A stretch of DNA of 61,049 nucleotides, counting the filler, from an uncultured virus (IMG/VR IMGVR_UViG_3300005239_001275) (taxonomy: Duplodnaviria > Heunggongvirae > Uroviricota > Caudoviricetes > Crassvirales). It is 4 parts of one record of this genome, joined end to end, with 100 filler letters (N's around TTAATTAATTAA, not from the genome) between each part and the next. Parts side by side here need not be neighbours in the genome. Positions count along the whole stretch, not along the records: positions 28,322 to 58,880 come from IMGVR_UViG_3300005239_001275; 3 more parts are not named here. One strand, 5' to 3'. The notes below the pieces were generated by a model, which was not told where the DNA came from, searched no databases, and saw only the letters and a list, made by a program, of their open reading frames with translations. Positions within the stretch are counted from its first letter, which is position 1, and every line of letters starts with the position of its first letter. The translations under genes were made by a program, and so were the position numbers. Shown piece by piece: positions 41,858-52,900 of the stretch.

Positions 41858-43578
41858 ATGTGGAATGAAAACTGGAAAAAAGGTGAAGATTACCCTGCGT
41901 GGGGTAATAACGACGTATACAAGAAGACTGTATCCGGGGGATATTTACTCGACGACGAGTCGCCTAGAGAAGCATACATGCGCGTCGCTAAAACGGTTGC
42001 TCGTAGATTATATAAGCCGGAAATGGCAGAGACTTTCTTCGAGTACATTTGGAATGGCTGGCTTTGCCTCGCTAGCCAGTACTATCTAATACAGGTACTG
42101 ATCGCGGCTTGCCTATTAGCTGCTTTGGCATTGATGTGGCTGATAGTATACAAGATATAGGACAGAAAAATTTAGAGATGATGCTACTCGCTAAGCACGG
42201 CGGTGGAGTTGGTATCGGAGTTAATATGATTAGACCCGCTGGCGCTAAAATTACAGGAAATGGAACATCAGACGGAGTCGTCCCTTTCTGCAAGATATAC
42301 GACTCAACAATTCTCGCAACTAATCAAGGATCTGTCAGACGAGGAGCTGCTTCAGTTAACATTAACATTGAGCACGATGATTTTGAAGAGTGGCTTGAAA
42401 TCAGAGAGCCAAAAGGAGACGTTAACAGACAGTCGCTTAATCTACATCAATGCGCAGTTGTTGGTGACAAGTTTATGCGTAAGCTTGAACAAGGAGATAA
42501 GGACGCTAGAAATAGATGGAGTAAACTACTTAGAAAGCGAAAGGCAACTGGAGAACCGTATATCATGTTTAAAGGAAATGTTAACAAATCAAATCCAAAA
42601 GCATATAAAGAAAACGGACTAAAAGTACATATGACAAACATATGTTCAGAAATTACATTACACACAGATGAAAACCACAGCTTTGTTTGTTGTTTATCAT
42701 CATTAAATCTAGCAAAATATGAAGAGTGGAAGGGTACTAACCTTATATACGACGCTATATGGTTTCTCGATGGCGTTATGGAGGAATTTATTCAAAGAGC
42801 CAAAGGGCTCAGGGGTTTTGAAAATGCCGTTCGTTCTGCTACTAAGGGACGAGCACTTGGGTTGGGTGTACTCGGATGGCACACGTATCTCCAGGAAAAT
42901 GGCCTTCCTTTTGAAGGTCTCCTCGCTCAGTTTGAAACTAGGAAAATCTTTTCGCAGATTAAAATCGAAAGTGAAAGAGCTTCCAGAGATCTTGCTGAAA
43001 TTTATGGCGAGCCTTTGTGGTGTGCTTCTACTGGTATGCGTAATACTCATCTTCGTGCTATTGCTCCCACTGTTAGCAATTCAAAGCTTAGTGGGAACAT
43101 CTCGCCTGGAATAGAGCCTTGGGCTGCCAATGTATTTACAGAGCAATCTGCTAAAGGTACGTTTATACGTAAAAATCCTACGTTACTAAAACTATTAAGA
43201 AAACTTAAAATTAATACAAATGAAACTTGGGATAAGATACTCGCAGATGGTGGTAGCGTTCAAGGTTTATCTGAGCTTGATGGGGTTGTTGTTGGCTCAC
43301 ACGAAATCCCTGCGAAAGAAGTATTTAAGACGTTTAAGGAAATTAATCAATTAGAGTTGGTTAATCAAGCTGGTATACGACAGCAATACATTGATCAAGC
43401 AGTAAGTTTAAATCTAGCTTTTCCTAGCGTAGCAACACCAAAGTGGATTAATCAAGTTCATATGCAGGCTTGGAAAAATGGTATTAAAACTTTGTATTAT
43501 ACAAGAACTGAGTCAGTATTAAGAGGAGATATAGCGCAGCAGGCTATGAGTGAAGATTGTGCTGCTTGTGACGGTTAG
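41858..43578 (+). CDS. nrdA: Ribonucleotide reductase class Ia alpha subunit (frameshift near 42075, probably an error)
   Basis: PISCF, GGGVG, TNICSEI, VCCLSSLN, AIAPT, KTLYY and C-terminal CAACDG. Confidence 0.92.
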
Positions 43579-43581
43579 TAA

Positions 43582-43755
43582 TTAAAAAGGCTTTTTAATC
43601 ATAGAGAATATTGCATAAGTAATAAGACTGAATAATAAACCCTCCATTATTTTTTGTTCAGTTTCATAGTTTTCTTTTTCACTACCAACTTGCTTTGTAG
43701 ATCCACAAGTAACTAGTGATAAACATAAAAAAAATATTGTTAATTTTTTTTTCAT
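43582..43755 (-). CDS. Small lipoprotein with C-terminal hydrophobic helix (spanin-like)
   Basis: MKKKLTIFFLCLSLVTCGSTK..GLLFSLITYAIFSMIKKPF*, overlapping the endolysin stop. Confidence 0.5.
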   Translation of the reverse strand: MKKKLTIFFLCLSLVTCGSTKQVGSEKENYETEQKIMEGLLFSLITYAIFSMIKKPF

Positions 43756-44095
43756 ATTACTTTATATTTTGTTTTACCGTTTTCTTTGTATGCTTTTAAA
43801 CACCTGTTACGGTTCTGATCTTCAGAAACATAACTAACGTGAACCCAAGCTGGGTTTTTATCATTACCAAACTCCCAGATCATTTGGTCAAAGTTTAAAT
43901 TATCTTTAATCCAGCTATACATCTGAGCGTTTGTTTTGTAACCATAAGTATCGTCGATATCAATAGCTCTACCTTGGCAGTGTTGAGATCTTAAGCTTCC
44001 ACCTATAGCTTTATTGAGCTCCGGTCCTCGATAAAAAGAATTTATTTTTATAGGACCTGATACGTACTTTCTAAGAGGCTCAAATATTTTTTCTG
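43752..44095 (-). CDS. Peptidase M15 endolysin, partial (not in the ORF track)
   Basis: Hand translation: IFEPLRK..INSFYR..LNKAIGG..SQHCQGRAIDI..WVHVSY. Confidence 0.85.
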
Positions 44096-44182
44096 NNNNN
44101 NNNNNNNNNNNNNNNNNNNNNNNNNNNNNNNNNNNNNNNNNNNNNNNNNNNNNNNNNNNNNNNNNNNNNNNNNNNNNNNNNN

Positions 44183-44674
44183 GCGGCGCGTAGATGATGC
44201 TACTTCGTCAGATGTAGGTAAATTCATGAACTCAGGCGCTGGTGCTCCAGATCCCAAATGTCTAACCTTACTTTTGTTCTGTATCGATAGATTGTAATCT
44301 TTTGGTCCATCAGAATAACCAAACGTTGTTGGATTTTGAAGTTGTCTATTAGATTTTTCACTTTCTTTACCTCCGTATTTAGAAAATTCTAGTTGAGCAA
44401 CATTAGATTTAATACCACCCTGCACAACGTCGATGCCAACCTTACGAGACAATTTAGAATCATATCCATCATTAAAACGAGGTGTAGCAGACATTTCTTT
44501 AGGATTTCTAAAAGAAGGTCTATCAGAAACTCCAAAATTTGAAGCCATTAACTGTTTATCTGCTCTTGATTCTAGTTTATCACTAACAGAGGTGTTTAGT
44601 CTTGGATTTTCTTGACGAAAAGGTGATGATTTTGTTAAGTACTGTGCACAGTGTTTTGATGTAAATGGTTTCAT
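44183..44674 (-). CDS. Basic hypothetical protein, partial
   Basis: Starts MKPFTSKHC..SSPFRQ. Confidence 0.5.
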
Positions 44675-44786
44675 TATTTCTCCTTTTTAAACATTAATTT
44701 ATATAGTAACGAGTTCCATTTACCTTTTAAGTATTCGTTAAATGCAACTAACTTATTTCCAATTTTTATAAAAAATTTTCCCATAG

Positions 44787-45368
44787 TTATTTTTTGTAGT
44801 TTGGATTTTTCATTCTTTGTAAAACTCCATCTTCTGGATCTACTTGTACTTTAAATTTTTCACTATAAATAACTTTACCAGCGTCCATAGCCTTTTTATG
44901 TAAACTGTCTTTTTGCTTTTTAGTTAGTTTAGCAAAGTTAGGATTTATAATAGTGCTTTTTTGTCTAACAGCTACAGAAGGTGCTTCTTTAGCGCTAGCT
45001 TGTTCTTGAAATTGATTTAACGGCGATCCGTAATTAGCGGCGCTACAACTTTTCTTTTCTAATGGTGTACCATAGCTTACTGGGCTACAGTGTTTTGACA
45101 TAAATGTTCCAGCCTTATCGTCAATAGGCATATATTTAAGATCTTTGTTCATTTTTTTATTATTTTTTATTGGTGTTTCTATTACATACTCTGCGTTTGG
45201 AAATTTGTAGTTATTACCAGGCGTCATAACTTTAGCATAACCATTGCTATCTACACCGTGTACATTGAAATCTACTCCTTTCATTGTTATATCACCTCCT
45301 TTTATAATATTTTGAGGTTTGTTAACATCTGGGCTGTTTCTTAAATACCCTTTTTTAGATGTTTTCAT
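44787..45368 (-). CDS. Basic hypothetical protein
   Basis: ITMKGVDF..M.PG..Y.FP...V.E.P plus SP-type repeats. Confidence 0.55.
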   Translation of the reverse strand: MKTSKKGYLRNSPDVNKPQNIIKGGDITMKGVDFNVHGVDSNGYAKVMTPGNNYKFPNAEYVIETPIKNNKKMNKDLKYMPIDDKAGTFMSKHCSPVSYGTPLEKKSCSAANYGSPLNQFQEQASAKEAPSVAVRQKSTIINPNFAKLTKKQKDSLHKKAMDAGKVIYSEKFKVQVDPEDGVLQRMKNPNYKK

Positions 45369-45369
45369 T

Positions 45370-45651
45370 TTATTTTTTAGATTTATTTTTTTGACAAAAG
45401 TTTCTAGCAGCTTCTACACTACCAAATCCCCATTTTTTTAAAGCCATCGCTTTTTTAGTTGGTTCTCCTTTAGCGTCTTTCATTGCACCTGCCATACCGG
45501 CAAATCTACAAGCAAATGATACTCTTCTTTTACTAACACCTTTAGTTAGTCTTTTACCTAAAGTCTTACCGGTTTCAGATTTATACTCCTTACGCATTTT
45601 TCTGTTCTGCTTTTCGTAAGCCTTTTCTTTTATGTTAAATGGTGTATTCAT
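45370..45651 (-). CDS. Small basic phage protein
   Basis: RRVSFACRFAGM..ALKKWG. Confidence 0.55.
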   Translation of the reverse strand: MNTPFNIKEKAYEKQNRKMRKEYKSETGKTLGKRLTKGVSKRRVSFACRFAGMAGAMKDAKGEPTKKAMALKKWGFGSVEAARNFCQKNKSKK

Positions 45652-45652
45652 A

Positions 45653-46006
45653 TTAATATGTCCAGATTACGTTTTGTGTTTTATCTTTGTCGATGTCTAC
45701 GTGTATAAAAGTACCTGCAACACCTATTCTGTTGAAACCTACTTCTAGTAAAGCGTTAAGCATTTTAAATCTTTCATCAGACCTTACACAAGCTACATCT
45801 ATTGCTAAACCTTTTAAATGCGAAGACGAACTTTTACCTCCAACCTTACGATTGTGAGATGAAGTCCTATATCCACTGTTGACGTGTATTGGCTTACCAT
45901 AGATCTTTCTAGCTTCGTCTATCATGTCTAAAAGCTTTGGATCCATAAGTTGTCCACTACCTTGTATGTCAGGTGAATCAAATTCTTCGTATTCAAAATA
46001 TTGCAT
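45653..46006 (-). CDS. Peptidase M15A endolysin
   Basis: NSGYR..HN.KVGG..SSHLKGLAIDV..FIHVD. Confidence 0.88.
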   Translation of the reverse strand: MQYFEYEEFDSPDIQGSGQLMDPKLLDMIDEARKIYGKPIHVNSGYRTSSHNRKVGGKSSSSHLKGLAIDVACVRSDERFKMLNALLEVGFNRIGVAGTFIHVDIDKDKTQNVIWTY

Positions 46007-46007
46007 T

Positions 46008-46162
46008 ATTTATTATCTCTTTTTATATGTACCCACTTAGATATAGTATAGCCAATGGTTATTACCAATAGTAGTATTTCAAACTGTCTTCTATTTGTGT
46101 AAATGTTGTTACGCCTAACGTTCCCGCGTTCATTGCGTATAGCTTTATGTCTGATAAACTCA
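46008..46162 (-). CDS. Small membrane protein, holin-like (frameshifted)
   Basis: MSLSDIKLYAMNAGTLGVTTF..(shift)..LLVITIGYTISKW, directly upstream of the endolysin. Confidence 0.4.
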
Positions 46163-46170
46163 TTTTATTT

Positions 46171-46918
46171 TTATTCGCCGCAAGGCTTTCCTGTTTTAAC
46201 GTTAATCCAATTTTCTTTTTCAAACCAGTCACGTAACGTAGCACCTTTTTTGCGAGCGCCTTTAACCTCTGATTTAGTTGATCTTTCTCTTTTGCCTTGT
46301 GCGGCTGCAGATTCTTTAGCTCGGATAACTTTTTCTTTAGCTTCTTTACTCATTGATCTTACTTTTGCAGCAGGTAAACACACTTTACGTGTACCACCAC
46401 CTTTTGCTTTATGTAGCGGAGATCTTTTTTCTTCTGCGTGAGACAAACCTGTTTTATTGCTATCTCCTCTACCGGAAATAGCAGCAGTTCTATTACGCAT
46501 TTTATTCCACGGCTTAGAGTGCATAACCGTAGCAGCACAATGCATCATTGGTGTTTTTTGTGAATATGCCATTATTTTTTACCTTTATCTAATTTGCGCA
46601 TTGCTGCGTTTCTAGCACACTTCATTTTAGCAGCGTAGCTAGGATTCTTTTTTCTATTAAATACTATTTGCTGGTTTAGACTACCAACAATAGCTTTTTT
46701 ATTTCTGTTTCTAGATCTAATTAGCCAGTTAGCTAAAGCGTCACACCCAAGTTTTTTGAACTTACCTTCTGCGTCTTCGTATTTAGAGTCTTTCCACTCA
46801 GGTCTTTTACTTGCCATTATTTCTTTTTATTACCGTAGTTTTGCGGTCCACCAGCTTTAGTACATCTTACACCCCAACCTGAAGCGTAAGCGCTAGGCCA
46901 AACCTTGAATTTTCTTTT
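46171..46918 (-). CDS. Three small basic proteins (46171-46572, 46572-46817, partial 46817-46918)
   Basis: LRDWFEKENW..GKPCG and KVWPSAYASG motifs; K/R-rich. Confidence 0.55.
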
Positions 46919-46937
46919 NNNNNNNNNNNNNNNNNNN

Positions 46938-49900
46938 NGCTTCTTCAACTTAGGTGATTTTTTATCTGCTTGCTCAGCTATTGTCATTAAGGCGTTTTTA
47001 ACACCAGCAATAACTGCGCCTTGAATACCAAGACCTTTTAACTGCGAATCAATAGCACCATTTATAGTTCTTTCTAACTTTTGCTCTTTATTCTTTTCTG
47101 TTAACTCTTCATCATCTTCGTCATCATCAAACAATGCCCAAGCTAAACCGCTTTGTAGCGCGTTAAATAAAAGGTTTTGCATAGCGCCATAGTAAACTAT
47201 TTTAGATATATTGCTTCTCCAATCACCTCTTTTGTTTACCAAATCTTGCACAGCTCTTTTTTGTATACGCACATACTGAAGCTGCGTGTTACCAAACTGA
47301 AGTATAATACGACCAATTAAAGATCTTTGCTGCTGACTAATTCGCATTGGACTACTAGACTGCTGGTTTTCCTCAGCTATAGCTCTAAAGTCATTAAAAG
47401 CCTGTTCTTCCGCTGCTTTTCTGTCCATACCTTGTTCAACCAAGGATTCTATTCTATTTCTATAAAATGTAGCACCACCAGAAGCAATAGCAAAACTATC
47501 CGCGTATCTTGTGAATACAAAACCTTTATTAAGCAAGTATGATATAGCAGCGTTAACTTTATTTTTGCTACCTTCAACAGCATCAGCTATCTCAGACTCA
47601 CTTACATTAATTTTAAGACCATCTCGTCTTTCAAGCAAGTAATCAGAGTTCATAAGAGTTAAGAAGTCACCCCAAAATTGTTTTTGGTTAGCAAACGCTT
47701 TACCCGCCTTTAATATATTATTATCACCCCAATTTATAAAGTTTACCGCAGATATGGTCTGTAATACTGCAGATCTTGTGTTTAAGAACATTATAGCACC
47801 AACAGAGTTGTTTAGCCAGTCTAATATACCGTTTGATACTCTATCGCCGCCTAACGGTCTATTGCTACCAGTCTTCATTGCTCTTAGCGAGTCTTTCAGT
47901 GCTTCAACATACTTAGCGCCAAAAGCAGCTTCTAGCTTATTTATGTTCTTTTCAGAAAATATAATATCTACATTTTCTTGCCACTCTTGTAAATATTCTT
48001 TTCTATTAACCTTATTAATACCACCTATAACGTCTGTAGTTATAGTGCCAGCTGTCCAGTCTTTACTAGGTTCCGGATATGGCTTGTCTTTTTGTATTGT
48101 TATTAAGTTGTCAGCAAATACACTGAGTTCAGCGTCATTAGCTATAAAATCAGTTAATCTTTTTTGATCACGCTTAGAAAGTCCTGGAACTTCAATACCT
48201 TGTTTATTCCATATGTAAGTTCTAATAGCATGCTGATATGTATACTTAGCAATACCAGTTTCTTTTTCTAAAGTTTTNNNNNNNNNNNNNNNNNNNNNNN
48301 NNNNNNNNNNNNNNNNNNNNNNNNNNNNNNNNNNNNNNNNNNNNNNNNNNNNNNNNNNNNNNNNNNNNNNNNNNNNNNNNNNNNNNNNNNNNNNNNNNNN
48401 NNNNNNNNNNNNNNNNNNNNNNNNNNNNNNNNNNNNNNNNNNNNNNNNNNNNNNNNNNNNNNNNNNNNNNNNNNNNNNNNNNNNNNNNNNNNNNNNNNNN
48501 NNNNNNNNNNNNNNNNNNNNNNNNNNNNNNNNNNNNNNNNNNNNNNNNNNNNNNNNNNNNNNNNNNNNNNNNNNNNNNNNNNNNNNNNNNNNNNNNNNNN
48601 NNNNNNNNNNNNNNNNNNNNNNNNNNNNNNNNNNNNNNNNNNNNNNNNNNNNNNNNNNNNNNNNNNNNNNNNNNNNNNNNNNNNNNNNNNNNNNNNNNNN
48701 NNNNNNNNNNNNNNNNNNNNNNNNNNNNNNNNNNNNNNNNNNNNNNNNNNNNNNNNNNNNNNNNNNNNNNNNNNNNNNNNNNNNNNNNNNNNNNNNNNNN
48801 NNNNNNNNNNNNNNNNNNNNNNNNNNNNNNNNNNNNNNNNNNNNNNNNNNNNNNNNNNNNNNNNNNNNNNNNNNNNNNNNNNNNNNNNNNNNNNNNNNNN
48901 NNNNNNNNNNNNNNNNNNNNNNNNNNNNNNNNNNNNNNNNNNNNNNNNNNNNNNNNNNNNNNNNNNNNNNNNNNNNNNNNNNNNNNNNNNNNNNNNNNNN
49001 NNNNNNNNNNNNNNNNNNNNNNNNNNNNNNTTGTGATATAGCCATTTCAGCTCTATTATAAGGATCAAGTAAATTTGTTTTGTAAAAAGCCATTTGAGCA
49101 TCTCCAACCTTGCCTTCACCTAGTGTTCTGTAAAGCAAACCAACAAAATCTTCAGCTGATGGTGTTGTGAAGAAGGTAAATTTACCTTTATTTGCGCCAA
49201 CTGTTTTGGCTTTAGCAGCAGAAAACTGTTTATAAGATTTAATACCTGTTTTAGCTTCAATAATGTCATTAAATATTTTATCGAAAGTTTGTTCTTTACT
49301 GAGCTTAGCTTGTTGAACTTTTGATTTAACATCTATTTGGCTTAATACGTCTTTAACAGCTTTAACATTTTTAATTGCATCATCAGCAAAGTAAAAGTCA
49401 TTATAACCTTCAGCTGCTTTACCAGCTACCCATCTACCTTTTGCAGCAGCAGTACCATCACCTAAACCTGTTATGTTTGCTAAAGGTATATCAATACCAT
49501 TAGCTTTCATGAAATCTTGTATAGGCTTAGCAGCGTCAGCAGGTCTAGCTGTTAATATAAATACATCATCAGTACCTCTTGCTTTAGCTATTTTTTGAGC
49601 CACACTAAATAATGGCCCTTTTTCACCTTCAATTACTCTGCTAAACTCTCTAAAATCAAACTGTGCGCCTTGACTTTCTAAAACATCATATTGAGTAGCA
49701 AAACTGCTTGCGTCAACTTTACCAACTTTATTAGTATTTATACCAGCGTAAACTTTTTGTAAAAAGTCATCAGGTAAAGGTTTACCGTATTCTATAGTCT
49801 CCGTATTAATCTCGTATAAACGATCACCAAAATCTTTTCTATATTTAGCTAAACTTTCTTGAACTTGATCATAAGTTTTTTCTACAACAAAGTCAGGTAA

Positions 49901-52900
49901 TGATCTTTCAGTTCTAGCTTTATTTCTTTCAATAGCTGTTTCAAGCGGCGTAGTAGCTACAACCATGTGCACTTCATAACCAGCTCTTGTAAAGCTTTTA
50001 TTTTTTTAGTAGTAGCGTTATAAGAAGCACCTGTACCATCTATAACCATACCATTACCGGCAGCAGCATATTTATCAAATTTAGCTACAGCGGCTTTTCT
50101 AGCAGCAGCACCAAGCTTAGACCTTATAGATCTTTGCTCTGCGGTGTAATCAGATTCTTTAGCAGGTAATCCAGCTTCTTCTTTCATAGCTTCTAGAGCT
50201 ATATCTTGATTTACTACTTTATAACCTCTTCTACCAAGTTGTAATCCTTTACCAACGTTCGTTTTACCAGCGCCAGGACCACCAACCATAAATATAGCTT
50301 TTAATTTTGTAGAACCTTCGCTAAAACCTTCTTCGACATTTGGCATTGTATATAATACGTTTGACTCCGTGGTAGCTAAAGTGTCGTCAAAATCCCAAAC
50401 GCTTATGCCTTTAGGGTTTTCAGCGTAAGAAAACTTAACAGCATTATTTATCGCTTTTTGCTCTGTATTTATTTTGTTTAGTTCAGTTTTAGAAAATTTA
50501 ACTGAAGATCCTACTACTCTTTTTTCCTTAGCATCGTAAAATTGTATACCTAAACCATAGTATCTAGTATCAATAGGTGAATCTCCAGGTTTATAGTCTA
50601 AGCCCATATCTTCCTGCAGTCCATTTTCTTTTAATATGTCATCTAGCTTTTTTGGCAATATACTAGTATCATAGTTTTCTAACTCTAACTTTAATTGGTC
50701 TAAAATAGATTTGTCTCCAGTTAAAATATATTGAAGAGAAAGCGNNNNNNNNNNNNNNNNNNNNNNNNNNNNNNNNNNNNNNNNNNNNNNNNNNNNNNNN
50801 NNNNNNNNNNNNNNNNNNNNNNNNNNNNNNNNNNNNNNNNNNNNNNNNNNNNNNNNNNNNNNNNNNNNNNNNNNNNNNNNNNNNNNNNNNNNNNNNNNNN
50901 NNNNNNNNNNNNNNNNNNNNNNNNNNNNNNNNNNNNNNNNNNNNNNNNNNNNNNNNNNNNNNNNNNNNNNNNNNNNNNNNNNNNNNNNNNNNNNNNNNNN
51001 NNNNNNNNNNNNNNNNNNNNNNNNNNNNNNNNNNNNNNNNNNNNNNNNNNNNNNNNNNNNNNNNTGTTCCATCGCTATTTCTCATTATTTCGTTTTGAAA
51101 AAGCTCAAACAATTTTTAAGTTCGTTTATAGAATCATCTTGGCGTTTAACAAAATCAGAATCATTTAAAGCTACTGACAGATCACCTTTTTTAGTAAAAA
51201 CATCTTCTTGCTTTAACATATTTTTAAAAGCATCAGTTTCTTCGGCAAAGTTTTGCTTGCCAATACTAGCTATCCACTGTCTAGCTTCTATAGTATTTTT
51301 AAAAGGTAAGTTTCCTGTATACTCTCTTAAACTAGCACCATCCATTGTAAATGGTTTTCCTACTATACCTTCTTCTTTAAATTCTCTTTTTTGTTTTTTG
51401 GTGAAAGCACTTTCTGTAACGTAAGCCATTCCTATCCAAAAACTTGGAGGAGTTTTCTTTGTTAAACCACTATCTACAGCAAATTGTAAAAATCTTTCCC
51501 TACCTTCAGGCGTTTTCATATCCATTCTAGAAACACCAGTATCTTTAAGTATTTGATCTAGAGTGTTGTTGTAATTTACTTCATAAGCGTTTACGCCTAT
51601 AGACTCAGATTTCTTGTTTGTTTTTTGAAATATATTTGTAATTTCTTTGCTAAACTTAGCGCCACCAACAGCTCTTTCTGCAGTTGTAGTTACTAAATCT
51701 TCAAACATGCGGTTTCTAATATGTAGATTTAATAAACCTCGTATTGTTTGACCTACAGCATCTCTATATATTGGTTTAACAGGTTTTTGTCTAATAAGAT
51801 CCATGTAATCTTTTAGAGTACCTGTAAGCTTACCATTTGTATACAACGCGTTCATTACGTTTCTAGGTAAGAAAGTACCTTTTCCAAAACCATCTTTAGT
51901 TTCAGGTAACCTAGCAAAATCATTGTTAGCGTTTTTAAGCAAGAACTGTTTAGCAGTTGTTAATCCTTCAGCGTCTTTTTTCTGATAGTTTCTAGTTTTA
52001 TCAGTTATAGTTTGAGGATTTAAACCAAACATACCAGAGTAAATATCAGCTACGGCTTTAGGTACATTTCTAGTTTGTCCAAAAGTTTTAATATCTTTGT
52101 CTTTAAAAGCTTCGTTAGTAGCTTCTGTTGTTCTAGTTTCAACTTCAACTTTATCTTTAGCGCCTATTTTTTCTATTTGTGTTTGTGAAAACTCTACTGT
52201 TTCAGTTGGTTTTTTAGCTATAGGTTTTTCTTTTGTATCTATAACCGTACCTCTTCAGCTGTAACACCTTTTGCTTCTGTTACATCAGTTGTAAACTCTT
52301 CCCCTAAAACTCTTTTAGAAGCCTCTATAGCTCTAGCTGGTAAAAATTTATTGATATAAGCAGCTAGTGGCACACCTGATTCTGGCTTATAATCCATTAT
52401 TAAATCAAGTATACCTCTTTTACCAGTTTCTATTTCATCAGTTAATAATTGACGATCAAAATTTGGCGCTTGACTACGAGATTCTACTATTTTACTAGTT
52501 ATAGGTTTAAACTTTTGTATAATATCCATAGCAGCGCTAACACCTTGCTCTTCATAAAGTTCTTGAACCTTGTTAGAGGCTTCTTGACTTAATTTAGCTT
52601 CTGCGCTAGCAGCCTTACCTGTTACGACAACTTCATCTAACTCTATAGGTTTTTTACCGGCTAATCCTTCTTCTTGTATTGTTTTAACATCGCCAACAGT
52701 TAAAGTTCCGTCTTTTAATTTTCTACCTAATTCTTTAGCAAAGTTTATTATATCTGTCTCTCCCTTAAAGTTGTAGTTATAGTCAGTGTTAGACGCTTTA
52801 GAAGTACCCATGTTTAACAGTGTACCTAAGTAGCCTAAGAAACCATCGTTTCTAGCTTTATCTAGTTTTATTTTACCATCTGCAACTTCTTCAAAAAACA

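Noticed and set aside
42060..42110. Programmed frameshifts in nrdA (and at ~46075, ~49975, ~52245, ~57345)
   Set aside because: Many single-base shifts in a gappy, low-quality assembly with no clear slippery sites; sequencing errors are more likely.
36453..43114. Alternative-frame ORFs inside primase (36453-36776) and nrdA (42260-42622, 42719-43114)
   Set aside because: There is no second copy or recognisable motif to support them, and hydrophobicity is expected in +1 frames. Left unresolved.
50378..50398. DFDD as the crAss virion RNA polymerase DxDxD motif
   Set aside because: The context VWDFDDTL with downstream TAR and FADD fits HAD motif I, and there is no DxDxD.
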